DNA from: an uncultured bacterium
GTDB taxonomy: Bacteria; Krumholzibacteriota; Krumholzibacteriia; JACNKJ01
Direction: 5' to 3'
DNA: 64,000 nt
Assembly (NCBI GenBank): GCA_963695095.1
Contig: CAVOFT010000001.1
Coordinates: forward strand, 2,816,001-2,880,000
The position numbers were made by a program, and so were the translations under genes. This document shows positions 49,035-58,520 of the stretch, piece by piece. The notes beneath the pieces are model-generated. The model did not search any database. It was not told where the DNA came from and worked only from the letters and a program-made list of their open reading frames with translations. Each line of letters starts with the position of its first letter. Within the stretch, counting starts at the first letter, position 1.

Positions 49035-49766
49035 ATGTGCGCCAAGCTGCTCCACCGGAGTGCCATCCTCGGCGTCTTCCTGCTCACGCTGGCCACCGGC
49101 GCCCTCGCCGCCGAGCCGGCCGAGTTCTCGGGCAAGGTCCTGGAGACGATGAGCACGGACACCTACACCTATGTTCGGGTCGGCGATGGCCGCACGGAGG
49201 CCTGGGCGGCCGCGCCGCGCTTCGCCGTGGCCGTGGGCGAGCAGGTGGCCTTCTCCACCGCCATGCCCATGAAGGACTTCAAGAGCGAGACCCTGAAGCG
49301 CACCTTCGCCGTCGTCTACTTCACCAACGAGATCCGCCAGCTCGGAGCGGCCGCGGCAGCGCCCGCCGCACCCAAGGCGCCGGCGGCAGCCAAGGCCCCG
49401 GCGGCAGCCATGGCGCCCGGGACCCCGGCCCCCTCGGCGGCGCCCATGGCCCGCATCGAGCCGCCGGCCGGCGGCACGGCCATCGCCGCCCTGGTGGCGA
49501 AGCCCGCCGACTTCAGCGGCAAGCGCGTGACCGTGCGCGGCAAGGTCGTCAAGTTCAACGCCAACATCCTGGGCAAGAACTGGCTGCACCTGCGCGACGG
49601 CAGCGCCGGCACCGCCGGCGCCGACGACATCACCGTCACCACGAGCGCGGGCGCCAAGCTCGGCGACATCGTGACGGCCACCGGCGTCGTCGCCACCAAC
49701 CGCGATTTCGGCTCCGGCTACAGCTACACCGTGATGATCGAGGAGGCCACCCTGGCCCAGCCCTAG
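49035..49766 (+). CDS. Exported tandem OB-fold protein (NrfJ-like N-domain) with an Ala/Pro/Lys linker
   Basis: Signal peptide; GKVLETM...YTY, GKVVKFN..I.GKNWLHL.DGS and DFG.GY.Y motifs. Confidence 0.75.
   Translation: MCAKLLHRSAILGVFLLTLATGALAAEPAEFSGKVLETMSTDTYTYVRVGDGRTEAWAAAPRFAVAVGEQVAFSTAMPMKDFKSETLKRTFAVVYFTNEIRQLGAAAAAPAAPKAPAAAKAPAAAMAPGTPAPSAAPMARIEPPAGGTAIAALVAKPADFSGKRVTVRGKVVKFNANILGKNWLHLRDGSAGTAGADDITVTTSAGAKLGDIVTATGVVATNRDFGSGYSYTVMIEEATLAQP
49359..49412 (+). repeat. Three imperfect 18-bp tandem repeats (APAAPK/APAAAK/APAAAM linker)
   Basis: gcgcccgccgcacccaag / gcgccggcggcagccaag / gccccggcggcagccatg. Confidence 0.6.
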
Positions 49767-49775
49767 GACCCGCCC

Positions 49776-50975
49776 GTGAAGGTCCTCCTGGCCCTGATCC
49801 TGCTCCTCCTGCTCGGACTCGGCGCCGCGTCGCGGAGGCGCCTGCGCCTGCCCGGCAGCCGAGCCCTCACGCTCGTCGGCGCTGAATTCCTCCTGCTCGG
49901 CTGGGCGCTGGGCGAGCAGGGGCTGGGCTTCCTGGATGCCGCCCTGCTCGGCGATCTGGAGCCGCTCGTCATCCTCGGTCTCGGCTGGATCGGCCTCCTG
50001 GTGGGGCTTCAGTTCGAGGCCGCGCTCTTGCGGCGCGTCCCGCTGGGCTTCTACGGCGCCGGCCTCGGCCAGGGCCTCATTACCATGGCCCTGCTCTACC
50101 TGCCCCTGCAGGCCCTGCTCGCGCAGCTCTTCGGCCCGGGGCCGGGCAGCAGCGGCGCCGCCTTCTTCCTCGCCGCCGCCGGCGCGGACAGCAGCCAGCA
50201 CCTGCTCACCCTGGCCCTGCGCGAACGGCGGGGCGTCGCTCCGGCCTCGGCGCCGCTCTTTCGCTTCTGCGCGGAGATCGACACGCTGATTCCGCTGCTG
50301 GCCCTGCCCATGCTCGCCGGGCTGCTGCACGCGCGCGCCTGGCTGGGAACGCCCGCGGCCGGAGCCGGGCCGGCGCTGCGGGGGCTGGGCCTGGCCGCGC
50401 TGCTCGGGCTCGTCCTGGGCCTGCTCCTCACCTTGCTGCTCAAGGGCACCCGCCGGCCGGCCCACCACTTGCTGGTGCTGCTGGGCTTCCTCGCCCTCTC
50501 GGGCGGTCTCGCGCAGGTGCTCGGCCAGCCGCCGCTCTTCGTCAACTTCGTGGCCGGCGTCGTCACCGTGAACCTGCTCGGCCATCGTGCCGACACCTGG
50601 CGCCTGGCCGCCGCCAGTGAGAGGCCCTTCTACACCATCTTCCTTCTCCTCGTGGGCGCGGGCTGGCACCTGGGCTCGCGCTGGGCGCTCCTGGTCGCTG
50701 TCGCTTTCTTCGTGCTGCGCGTAGCGGCCAAGGTCCTGGCCCTGGCCTTCGCCGGCCGCCTGGCCTGGCGGCGCTCACGGCTGCCGCTCGGCGCCGGTCT
50801 CGCTCTCAGCGGGCAGAGCGGGGTATCGGTGGCCATGGTGGCCAGCCTGCAATCCCTCGAGCGCAGCACGCTCGCCGATGCCAGCATGTCCATCCTGCTC
50901 ATCGGCTTCCTGCTCTCCGCCCTCATCGCGCCCTGGCTCACGCGCCAGGGCCTCTCGCCGGGGCAGCCGACATGA
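49776..50975 (+). CDS. Cation:proton antiporter-like membrane protein (CPA2, degenerate)
   Basis: About 12 TM helices; LGWIGLLVGLQF and ERPFY motifs. Confidence 0.7.
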   Translation: MKVLLALILLLLLGLGAASRRRLRLPGSRALTLVGAEFLLLGWALGEQGLGFLDAALLGDLEPLVILGLGWIGLLVGLQFEAALLRRVPLGFYGAGLGQGLITMALLYLPLQALLAQLFGPGPGSSGAAFFLAAAGADSSQHLLTLALRERRGVAPASAPLFRFCAEIDTLIPLLALPMLAGLLHARAWLGTPAAGAGPALRGLGLAALLGLVLGLLLTLLLKGTRRPAHHLLVLLGFLALSGGLAQVLGQPPLFVNFVAGVVTVNLLGHRADTWRLAAASERPFYTIFLLLVGAGWHLGSRWALLVAVAFFVLRVAAKVLALAFAGRLAWRRSRLPLGAGLALSGQSGVSVAMVASLQSLERSTLADASMSILLIGFLLSALIAPWLTRQGLSPGQPT

Positions 50976-52354
50976 GACAGCTCGTTCTCTTGCTGCTGCT
51001 CGCCCTGCTCGTCTGGCTGGCCGAACGCGCCTTCCTCCCGATGGCTGGCCTGCCGACGGGCCAGGCCAGCGTCGCGCTGGGCTTCCTGCTCCTTGCGGCT
51101 TACCTGCTCGGCGAACTGGCCGCGCAACTGCGACTGCCGCGCCTGTCCGGCTACCTCATCGCCGGACTGCTCGCCGGACCGGATCTGCTGGGGCTGGTGA
51201 GCCGGGAGAGCCTGCAGCGCCTGGAGGCCATCGACGGGCTGGCCCTCACCTTCATCGCGCTCAGCGCCGGCGGCGAACTCGAGCTGCGCGCCCTCAGGCG
51301 GGGCCGGCGCTTGCTCGCCTGGGGACTCGTCTGCCAGCTCGGCCTCATCTTCGTCGCCACGGCCCTGCTGGTGCTCGCGATCAGCCCCCTCTTTGCCTTC
51401 ACGCGCGGCATGGAGAGGACGCAGCTCTGGCTCGTGGCCGCCCTGCTCGGCGCCCTCGCCACGGCACGCAGCCCGGCCAGCGCCATCGCGATCGTCAAGG
51501 AGCTGCGCGCGCAGGGGCCCTTCACGGAAGCCGTGCTCGGCCTCACGGTGGCGATGGACATCCTCGCCATCCTGCTCTTCGCCCTGGTCCTGAGCCTGGC
51601 CAGCGCGCTCCTGGCCGGCAGCCCGCTCGATCTGGCCTACCTGGGCGGCCTGCTCGCGGAGCTGGGCAGCAGCCTCGCCGTGGGCGCAGCGCTCGGCGTC
51701 GCCCTGTCGGCGTGGCTCCGCCGCCTGCGCAGTCACCATCTGCTCACCCTCTTCCTCGTCGCCATCGTCGTCAGCGAGACCAGCCAGGCCCTCACGCAGT
51801 GGCTGGATGCGCGCTTCGGGGCCAGCTTTCACCTGGAGCCGATGCTGATCTGCATCGCCATGGGCTTCGTCGTGCGCAACTTCAGCCGGCAGGGCGACGT
51901 CTTCCTGCACGCCATCGAACGCGGCGGCTTGACGGTCTTCGCGGTCTTCTTCGCCATGGCCGGCGCCGCCCTGGACCTGCAGACGCTGCGCGCGACCTGG
52001 CCGATCGCGCTGGCGCTCGTGGCGATCCGCTTCGGCGCCGTCCAGTTCAGCAGCGCCCTGGCGGCCCGGCTGGCCGGCGCCGATCGCCTGACGCAGCGGA
52101 AGCTCGGCCTCGGCTTCATCACGCAGGCGGGCGTGAGCCTGGGCCTTGCCCGCGCCCTGGCCCTGCGCTTTCCCGACTGGGGCCCGGCCGTGGCCACGGT
52201 GGCCGTGGCGAGCATCGGGCTCAATCAGCTGCTGGGACCGGTGCTGCTCAAGTCGGCCCTGGAGGCGACCGGCGAGGCGGGCGCCGCGGGCGCGCCGGAG
52301 CGGGAGCTGCCGCCGCGCTCGCGCGCGGCGCCGGCGCCGCCGCTCGTGGACTGA
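50972..52354 (+). CDS. Cation:proton antiporter (CPA2)
   Basis: LPRLSGYLIAGLLAGP, IAL.AGGEL, SPA, GPFT, MD, FFA.AGA and QAGVSLG motifs; ATGA overlap with the previous gene. Confidence 0.88.
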   Translation: MRQLVLLLLLALLVWLAERAFLPMAGLPTGQASVALGFLLLAAYLLGELAAQLRLPRLSGYLIAGLLAGPDLLGLVSRESLQRLEAIDGLALTFIALSAGGELELRALRRGRRLLAWGLVCQLGLIFVATALLVLAISPLFAFTRGMERTQLWLVAALLGALATARSPASAIAIVKELRAQGPFTEAVLGLTVAMDILAILLFALVLSLASALLAGSPLDLAYLGGLLAELGSSLAVGAALGVALSAWLRRLRSHHLLTLFLVAIVVSETSQALTQWLDARFGASFHLEPMLICIAMGFVVRNFSRQGDVFLHAIERGGLTVFAVFFAMAGAALDLQTLRATWPIALALVAIRFGAVQFSSALAARLAGADRLTQRKLGLGFITQAGVSLGLARALALRFPDWGPAVATVAVASIGLNQLLGPVLLKSALEATGEAGAAGAPERELPPRSRAAPAPPLVD

Positions 52355-52373
52355 GCGCGGAGCGCCTCCGGCC

Positions 52374-54969
52374 TCAGTCCTCCGGCCCGGCGAGCGGGTC
52401 CATATCGGCCGCCCGCAGCCAGTCGGCGGTGAAGACCTCGGCGAGATAGGCGAAGAGCGCCTGCGAGTCGATCGATAGGCCCAGCTCGCGGTTCATGCGG
52501 CTGGCCGTCTCGCTGCCGTTGGCGCTGCCCACGTGGCACCAGTGGGCGCCGCCCGCCTTGACGAGCAGCATCTTGTTGTGGATGGGCGCGCTGCGGCCCG
52601 CCCGCTCGCCGGGCAAGCTGCCCAGCGCGACGTGGAGATCGAGTTCCTCCTCCCCGGCAATCGCGTTGAAGCGCTCGACGGTGAGGCGATTCTTGGCGCC
52701 GTCCTCGTCGTCGCCGGTGCCGCTGAGGAGCACGCGGACCCGGGCCCCCCGCCTGGCCGCGGCCAGGTAGGCCTCCAGCCGCGGATTGGGCGCGCGGCCC
52801 TCGCCGTAGCCCCACCAGGCGCGCTCGTACTGCTGCTCGACCAGGACCAGGTCGCCACGGCCGGCTTCCCGCAGGTGGCCCAGGTAGCCGCGATCGGGGC
52901 GCAGGGCGTTGTCCGGCGATTGGCTCAGCTCGAAGCGCGCCTGCTGCCGCTCGCTGAAGACTTCCGGCTGCACGGGCGCGTAGCCGGCGCGCGGGCTGCC
53001 CGGCCGCGGGGTCCGCTCCTCCAGCCCCTCCCGCGGCACGTAGCGGTGGATGTCGCGCTGGCGGTTGGGATCGAAGTCCGCCATCCACACGGCAATCGCC
53101 CGCTCGAGTACGCAGGGCGCATCGGTGACCAGGAAGGCGCCGCGCGCGCCGCTGGTCCCGTCGGCCATGTCGTCGTCGGGCAGGCTGCTCTGCGTGAAGT
53201 TGTCGCTGCCGAGGAGGAGCCGCCGCCGGTCGGCGATGATGAACTTCTGATGGCAGTGGTTGTAGCGGTCGGGAATGATCGGCGTCCATGCCCGTGTGGC
53301 GCGGGTCGTCCCCGTTGCGCCAGAAGAAGACGGCGCCGCGGCCCGAGGGATGCTCGTCGATGCGCCGCGCGACGGCGCGCACCACGTCGTAAGTGCCGCC
53401 CCGGGCGCCGAACACCTCGCCGTCCAGGAGCATCGTCACGCGCACACCCCGTTCCATGGCCGCCACCAGTTCGTCCGCGAGCCCGGCGTGCGTGAACAGG
53501 TAGGTCTCGATCTCCAGGCTCGTGGTGGCGGCGCGCAGAAAGTCGCGCAGGCCCGCGAAGCTGTTGTCCGGCGAGACGAAGGCCGTCACCTCGGCGGTGG
53601 CGGCGCAGCGAGCCGTGTCGAGGAAGCGCTCGCGATCCCAGCCCGGGTAGGCGACGCCCATGCCGAGTTCGGGATCCAGGGCATCGCTGATCCAATCGGC
53701 GGCCGCGTTGGTGTCCAGACGACGGCCGCTCTCCAGGCTGCGCTTGCGCCAGAGCACCTGCCCCTCGGCGGGCAGGTAGTCGTTGAAGCGGAAGGGCTGG
53801 GCGGCCGGCCCCGACCAGCCCGACTGCGCCTCGGCCCAGCCCGCTTCCCAGACCAGCGCGTCGACCACGCGGCCCTGCTTGTTCAGCAGCACCAGCTCGT
53901 CGCCGCCGTTGTCGAGAATGAGCAGGCTATCGCCGGGCGTGGGCTGCCGATCGAAGGCGAAGTCCGGCGGGAAGCCGAACTCCCAGGTGAAGCGCTCCAT
54001 GTTGCGCGCGACGTGGATGACGGCGCCGGGCGCCAGCGTGCTCCCGGCCGGGAAGCGCCAGACGCCCTCGTTGTCCGTGACCGACCAGCCGTCCAGGCGC
54101 TGCTTGCGATCTCCGGCATTGACGAGAGCGAAGGACTCGCCGCCCTCGCCCTCCCCGGGCTCGGCGGCATCGTAGCAGACTTCGTCCAGAAGCAGGCGCG
54201 CGGCCGGTTGCTTGCCCCAGAGGCCGCCGGCCTTGGCTTCGCTGCTGCGGCCGCGGAAGGCCTGCTCCCGGGCGACGGGCTGCCGGCCCCGCTCGCCGCC
54301 TTCGACGCGCAGCCAGTCCTCGCTGGAGCGGGGGCGCAGATTCCAGTAGTCACTGCGACGTGCGAAGATGCCGCGCAGCCCGGGCAACTGGTCCCCTTCC
54401 CTCAGCACGGGATGCTGGCCGTCGGCGAGCTCGACGCCGAGCTCGCCGCCCTCGCCCGCCAGGGTGGCCAGCCAGGGCACGCCATTGGCGTCGCGGCGAA
54501 TGGCGACCACCGTCAGCGCCGGCAACTCCACGAGGCGATTGCCCCAGAGGGCCGGCTCGGCGATGAGATCGCCGGGCCGCGCCACCCAGCTCTTCTGCCG
54601 GCGCAGGCCCTGCTCCCGCAGGGGCTCCAGATCCCGCAGGGGATCCGCCACGGCCAGCACGGGGCCCTCGGGCTCCAGGCGCAGCAGTCCCGTCACCCGG
54701 ACGAGATCGCCCAGCTCGGCCGTGTGTTCCCCGCTGCTGACGCGCAGGCCGGGCAGGGGCCGCTCCTGGGGATCGGCCAGGTAGAGATCGCTGAAGAAGT
54801 CCCCGACCAGGACACCCGTCACGGTCAGCCGACGGCCCTCCCAGGCCCGGGCATCCAGGGCGAGCCCCGCATGGAGTTCGGTCCAGTCCGTGGGCGCCGG
54901 CTCCTCGGCGCGCAGCGCGGTGGCCAGGCTGATCAGGAGGGCGAAGAGGAAGCCAAGACGCGGGCGCAT
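52374..54969 (-). CDS. Secreted phospholipase D-superfamily protein with OB-fold-like and lamin-tail domains; one frameshift near 53280
   Basis: Signal peptide; LDEVCYD..E lamin-tail domain, VSPDNS, HQKFIIAD...GSDN, then HNKMLLVK...GSAN...NRELG. Confidence 0.8.
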
Positions 54970-55039
54970 CGCGAACCTCGCAGCTGATGGTCGGCTGGAC
55001 TCTAGCCCGCGCCGCCCCCGCGGGCAAGGGGTGGCTCAC

Positions 55040-55068
55040 TTGACAGCGGGGCGGCCAGCATCTACGAT
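55040..55068 (+). promoter_or_regulatory. Sigma70 promoter of the thiamine operon
   Basis: TTGACA - 17 nt - TACGAT directly upstream of the riboswitch. Confidence 0.8.
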
Positions 55069-55081
55069 GACCCTGCAAGAT

Positions 55082-55155
55082 CCGTTGGGGGTGGCCACCG
55101 GCCTGAGATCAAACCCCTCGAACCTGATCCGGTTCACACCGGCGGAGGGAAACGG
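55082..55155 (+). ncRNA. TPP riboswitch aptamer
   Basis: GGGGTG..CTGAGA..ACCC..GAACCTGATCCGGTTCACACCGGCGGAGGGAA core with P1 ccgtt/aacgg, upstream of thiN. Confidence 0.95.
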
Positions 55156-55170
55156 GTGCTATCGCATCTG

Positions 55171-55201
55171 CGGGGCATCCAATCGGGTGCCCCGTTATTG
55201 T
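55171..55201 (+). terminator. Riboswitch expression-platform hairpin
   Basis: cggggcatcc-aatc-gggtgccccg followed by ttattgt. Confidence 0.6.
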
Positions 55202-55248
55202 GTCCGGGATCTTGCGGCAATGTTCACGCAAGCCACCGGAGGCGCATC

Positions 55249-57786
55249 ATGCGTACCGATCGCTGTCGCCTGGCGGTAGCCGCCGCCGCCTTCCTCGCTG
55301 CCCTGGCCATCGCCGGGGCCCTGACCGCCAGCGCGGAGCCGGACGCCGCCGCCGAGCTCATCCTCAGCGGTCGTCTGCTCGACGCCGGCACCGGCGCCCC
55401 CGTGCAGGCGGCCGCCCTCTTCGTGCCCGCGCTCGGCCTGCGGGCAACGAGCGACGCCGAGGGACGCTTCCGCCTCATCGATCCGCCGCGCGAGGCCTTC
55501 ACCCTCGTGATCAGCCACCTCGGCTACGAGCCGCGCGTGGTGCTGGTCGATGCCGCCCGCCGGGCGGGCGGTGAGCTCGAGCTGCGGCTCGCTCCCCTCT
55601 ACTACCGCGGGGAGAAGGTGGTCGTGACGGCATCGCGCTACAGCCCGCAGATCCACCTCACGCAGACCAATCTCACGCGCGAGCAGATCGCCACCGGTCC
55701 CGCCGAGAAGGACCTGCCGCTCCTGCTCGAAAGCACGCCCGGCCTCTACGCCGCCTCGGATGCGGGCAACGGCGTCGGCTACACCTACCTCAAGCTGCGC
55801 GGCTTCGACCAGAAGCGCATCGGCGTGATGATCAACGGCATTCCGCTCAACGACCCCGAGGACCACCAGGTCTACTGGCTGGACATGCCGGACCTGGCCG
55901 CCTCGCTGGAGGACGTGCAGGTGCAGCGCGGCGTCAGCAACTCGCTGGGCGGGATGAGCGCCATCGCCGGATCGGTGAACCTGGTCACGGAAGTGCTCGC
56001 CGACGAACGCGGCGGCCGCTTCGCGCTCGCCGGGGGCAGCTTCGGTACCGGGAAGCAGTCGCTGGCCTGGCAGAGCGGCCTCCTCGGCGGCCGCTTCGCG
56101 AGCGGCCTGCGCATCAGCCACGTGGCGAGCGACGGCTACCGCGAGCGCTCGGCGAGCGATCAGTGGGGCGTCTTCTGGAGCGGGCGCTACCTCACCCCCG
56201 GCAGTTCGACGCAGGTGAACATCTACACGGGCCGCGAGCTGACGCATCACGCCTGGTGGGGCCTGAGCCAGCGGCAGCTCATCGAGAACCGCCGTGGGAA
56301 TCCGGAGACCTATGCCAACGCGGTGGACGATTTCCGCCAGCCCCACTACGAGCTGCACCACCGCTGGGATCTGCGCGAGGGCTTCGAGCTGGCCAGCAGC
56401 TTCTACTGGATCCACGGCGAGGGCTTCTACGAGAACTTCAAGGCCGACGCCGATCCGGCCACCTACGCCCTGGACACGGCGCTCGGCGTGCCCGATTCGG
56501 TGCCCACGGACCTCGTCCGCCGCAAGTGGGTGGACAAGGATCAGCGCGGCCTGCTCAGCCGGCTCACCTGGACCAAGGGGCCGAGCCGGCTGATCCTGGG
56601 CGGCGACGTCTACGATTTCCATTCGCGGCACTGGGGCAATCTGCAGGCGGTCGAGGGCTTCGCGACGGATGCCGTCATCTACCTGCCGCCCTACCACGAG
56701 TACACGGGCGACAAGACGGCCTGGTCGCTCTTCGCCAACGAGCAGTTCACGCTCGGCCTGGGCCTGACGGCGCTCGTCGATCTCCAGTTCCAGCAGAAGG
56801 ATTACGACTTCTTCCAGCAGGCCACGGGCAACTTCCAGGGCGAGCTGCGCAACCGCTACCAGGTGGACTACCGCTTCTTCAACCCGAAGGGCGGCCTCCA
56901 CTGGCGGGCGCCGGGGACCCCCGGGGGCGGCGAGCTGGGCCTCTACGGCCACTTCGGCATCGCCCACCGCGAGCCGGCCGACAGCGAGCTCTTCGACGCC
57001 TGGTCGGACGGCAGCGATCTCGGCGCCGAACCCCTGTTCGCCACCGGGACGCCCTACTACGTCGGCAACGAGCTGCAGTACATCTTCTGGACGAATCCGC
57101 AGGTGGAGCCCGAGTCCGTGCGCAACTACGAGGCCGGGGCTGCCTGGCGCAGCGAGGCCGTCTCGCTGGCGCTGAACGGCTACCTGATGGAATTCGAGCA
57201 CGAGATCGTCGACTACGGCGCCCTGACCGACGAGGGCCAGGGCGTGCGCGGCAATGCCGATCTCACCCTGCACCGCGGCCTCGAGCTCGGCCTCACGGCG
57301 CTGCTGAATCGGCTGCCCGGCCTCGCCGACCTGGCGGGCAGCCACCGGCTGGATGTGGCCTTCGCTCGCTCCTGGGACAAGTTCGAGCGCTTCTTCTTCT
57401 ACGAGGCGGACGGCACGCGGCTCAATCTCTCCGGCAATCCCATCGCCGGGACGCCGCAGCATCTCGCCACGCTCGCCCTCGACTCGGACTGGGGCCCCCT
57501 GACCAGCCGCTTCAGCCTGCGCAGCGCGGGCCGCCAGCACCTGGACTCCAGCGGTCTGGGCGCGCGCACGATCGACGGCTACCAGGTGCTCGACGTCGGC
57601 TTCACCCTGCGGCCGGCCGCCCTCGGCCTGGCGTCGCTGGCGGGGGCCGAGCTGGACCTCAAGCTCTACAACGCGCTCGACGTGGAGTACGAGACCTGGG
57701 GCTACTACGACGCCTGGGGCGAGGGCAACTACAAGGTGCCGGCGGCCAAGAGCCACTTCCTGGCGGGGGTACGCTACGCCTTCTGA
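55249..57786 (+). CDS. TonB-dependent receptor, probable thiamine transporter
   Basis: Carboxypeptidase-like N-domain; SDAGNG.GYT...RG.DQ.RI.V.INGIPLNDPE...V.W.DMPD plug; C-terminal Phe; under TPP-riboswitch control. Confidence 0.9.
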   Translation: MRTDRCRLAVAAAAFLAALAIAGALTASAEPDAAAELILSGRLLDAGTGAPVQAAALFVPALGLRATSDAEGRFRLIDPPREAFTLVISHLGYEPRVVLVDAARRAGGELELRLAPLYYRGEKVVVTASRYSPQIHLTQTNLTREQIATGPAEKDLPLLLESTPGLYAASDAGNGVGYTYLKLRGFDQKRIGVMINGIPLNDPEDHQVYWLDMPDLAASLEDVQVQRGVSNSLGGMSAIAGSVNLVTEVLADERGGRFALAGGSFGTGKQSLAWQSGLLGGRFASGLRISHVASDGYRERSASDQWGVFWSGRYLTPGSSTQVNIYTGRELTHHAWWGLSQRQLIENRRGNPETYANAVDDFRQPHYELHHRWDLREGFELASSFYWIHGEGFYENFKADADPATYALDTALGVPDSVPTDLVRRKWVDKDQRGLLSRLTWTKGPSRLILGGDVYDFHSRHWGNLQAVEGFATDAVIYLPPYHEYTGDKTAWSLFANEQFTLGLGLTALVDLQFQQKDYDFFQQATGNFQGELRNRYQVDYRFFNPKGGLHWRAPGTPGGGELGLYGHFGIAHREPADSELFDAWSDGSDLGAEPLFATGTPYYVGNELQYIFWTNPQVEPESVRNYEAGAAWRSEAVSLALNGYLMEFEHEIVDYGALTDEGQGVRGNADLTLHRGLELGLTALLNRLPGLADLAGSHRLDVAFARSWDKFERFFFYEADGTRLNLSGNPIAGTPQHLATLALDSDWGPLTSRFSLRSAGRQHLDSSGLGARTIDGYQVLDVGFTLRPAALGLASLAGAELDLKLYNALDVEYETWGYYDAWGEGNYKVPAAKSHFLAGVRYAF

Positions 57787-57814
57787 TCCGCGGCATCCGG
57801 CCAACATCGCGCGC

Positions 57815-58516
57815 ATGCTCTTCCCCAAGCTGGGGCGGCGGGCGGTGCTGCTCTGCGACGGTCCACAACCGCCTTTCGCGGTGCTCCGGCACTGGCTCGC
57901 GGAGGCGGACATCTTCCTCTGCGCGGACGCCGCCGGCCGCCCCTACCGGCGCCTGCCGCGCTTGCCGGACCTGGTGATCGGCGACTTCGACTCGCTGCGC
58001 CGGGACGACAGCGCCCACTTCGAGCAGGGTCCCACGGGCGACCGCGTCGACGGCCTGCCGGCCCTGCACGTCGCCGAGCAAGAGAGCACGGACTCGGAGA
58101 AGGCCCTGATGTGGGCGCTCAAGCACTTCTTCGCCGAGGCAGTGCTGCTGGGCGCCACCGGCGCGCGCCTGGACCACAGCTTCTTCAACGTCTCGCTGGT
58201 CGAGCGCTTCGCCGATCGCATGAGCGTCTGCCTGGCCGACGAGTACAGCGTGAGCATCCGCCTGGCGCCGCAGTCCTTCACCCACTGGCAGCTGCCGGTG
58301 GGCACCGGTTTCTCGCTGATCCCTCTGGCCAGCCCCGTCCAGGAGGTGAACCTGGCCGGTGCCGCCTATCCCCTGCACGACGCCCGCCTGGCGCCGGGCG
58401 GCCCGGCCACCGTCTCCAATCGCGTGGTGGATCCGCCGCTCGGCATCCGCGTGGGGCAGGGCTCGCTCCTGCTCAGCGTCTCGCTGCTGCGCGATCGCGA
58501 CCAGCGCTGGAGCTGA
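57815..58516 (+). CDS. thiN: Thiamine diphosphokinase
   Basis: CADAA, PD.VIGDFDS, Q..TD.EKAL, GATG.RLDH...N and VSN motifs. Confidence 0.9.
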   Translation: MLFPKLGRRAVLLCDGPQPPFAVLRHWLAEADIFLCADAAGRPYRRLPRLPDLVIGDFDSLRRDDSAHFEQGPTGDRVDGLPALHVAEQESTDSEKALMWALKHFFAEAVLLGATGARLDHSFFNVSLVERFADRMSVCLADEYSVSIRLAPQSFTHWQLPVGTGFSLIPLASPVQEVNLAGAAYPLHDARLAPGGPATVSNRVVDPPLGIRVGQGSLLLSVSLLRDRDQRWS

Positions 58517-58520
58517 AGCG

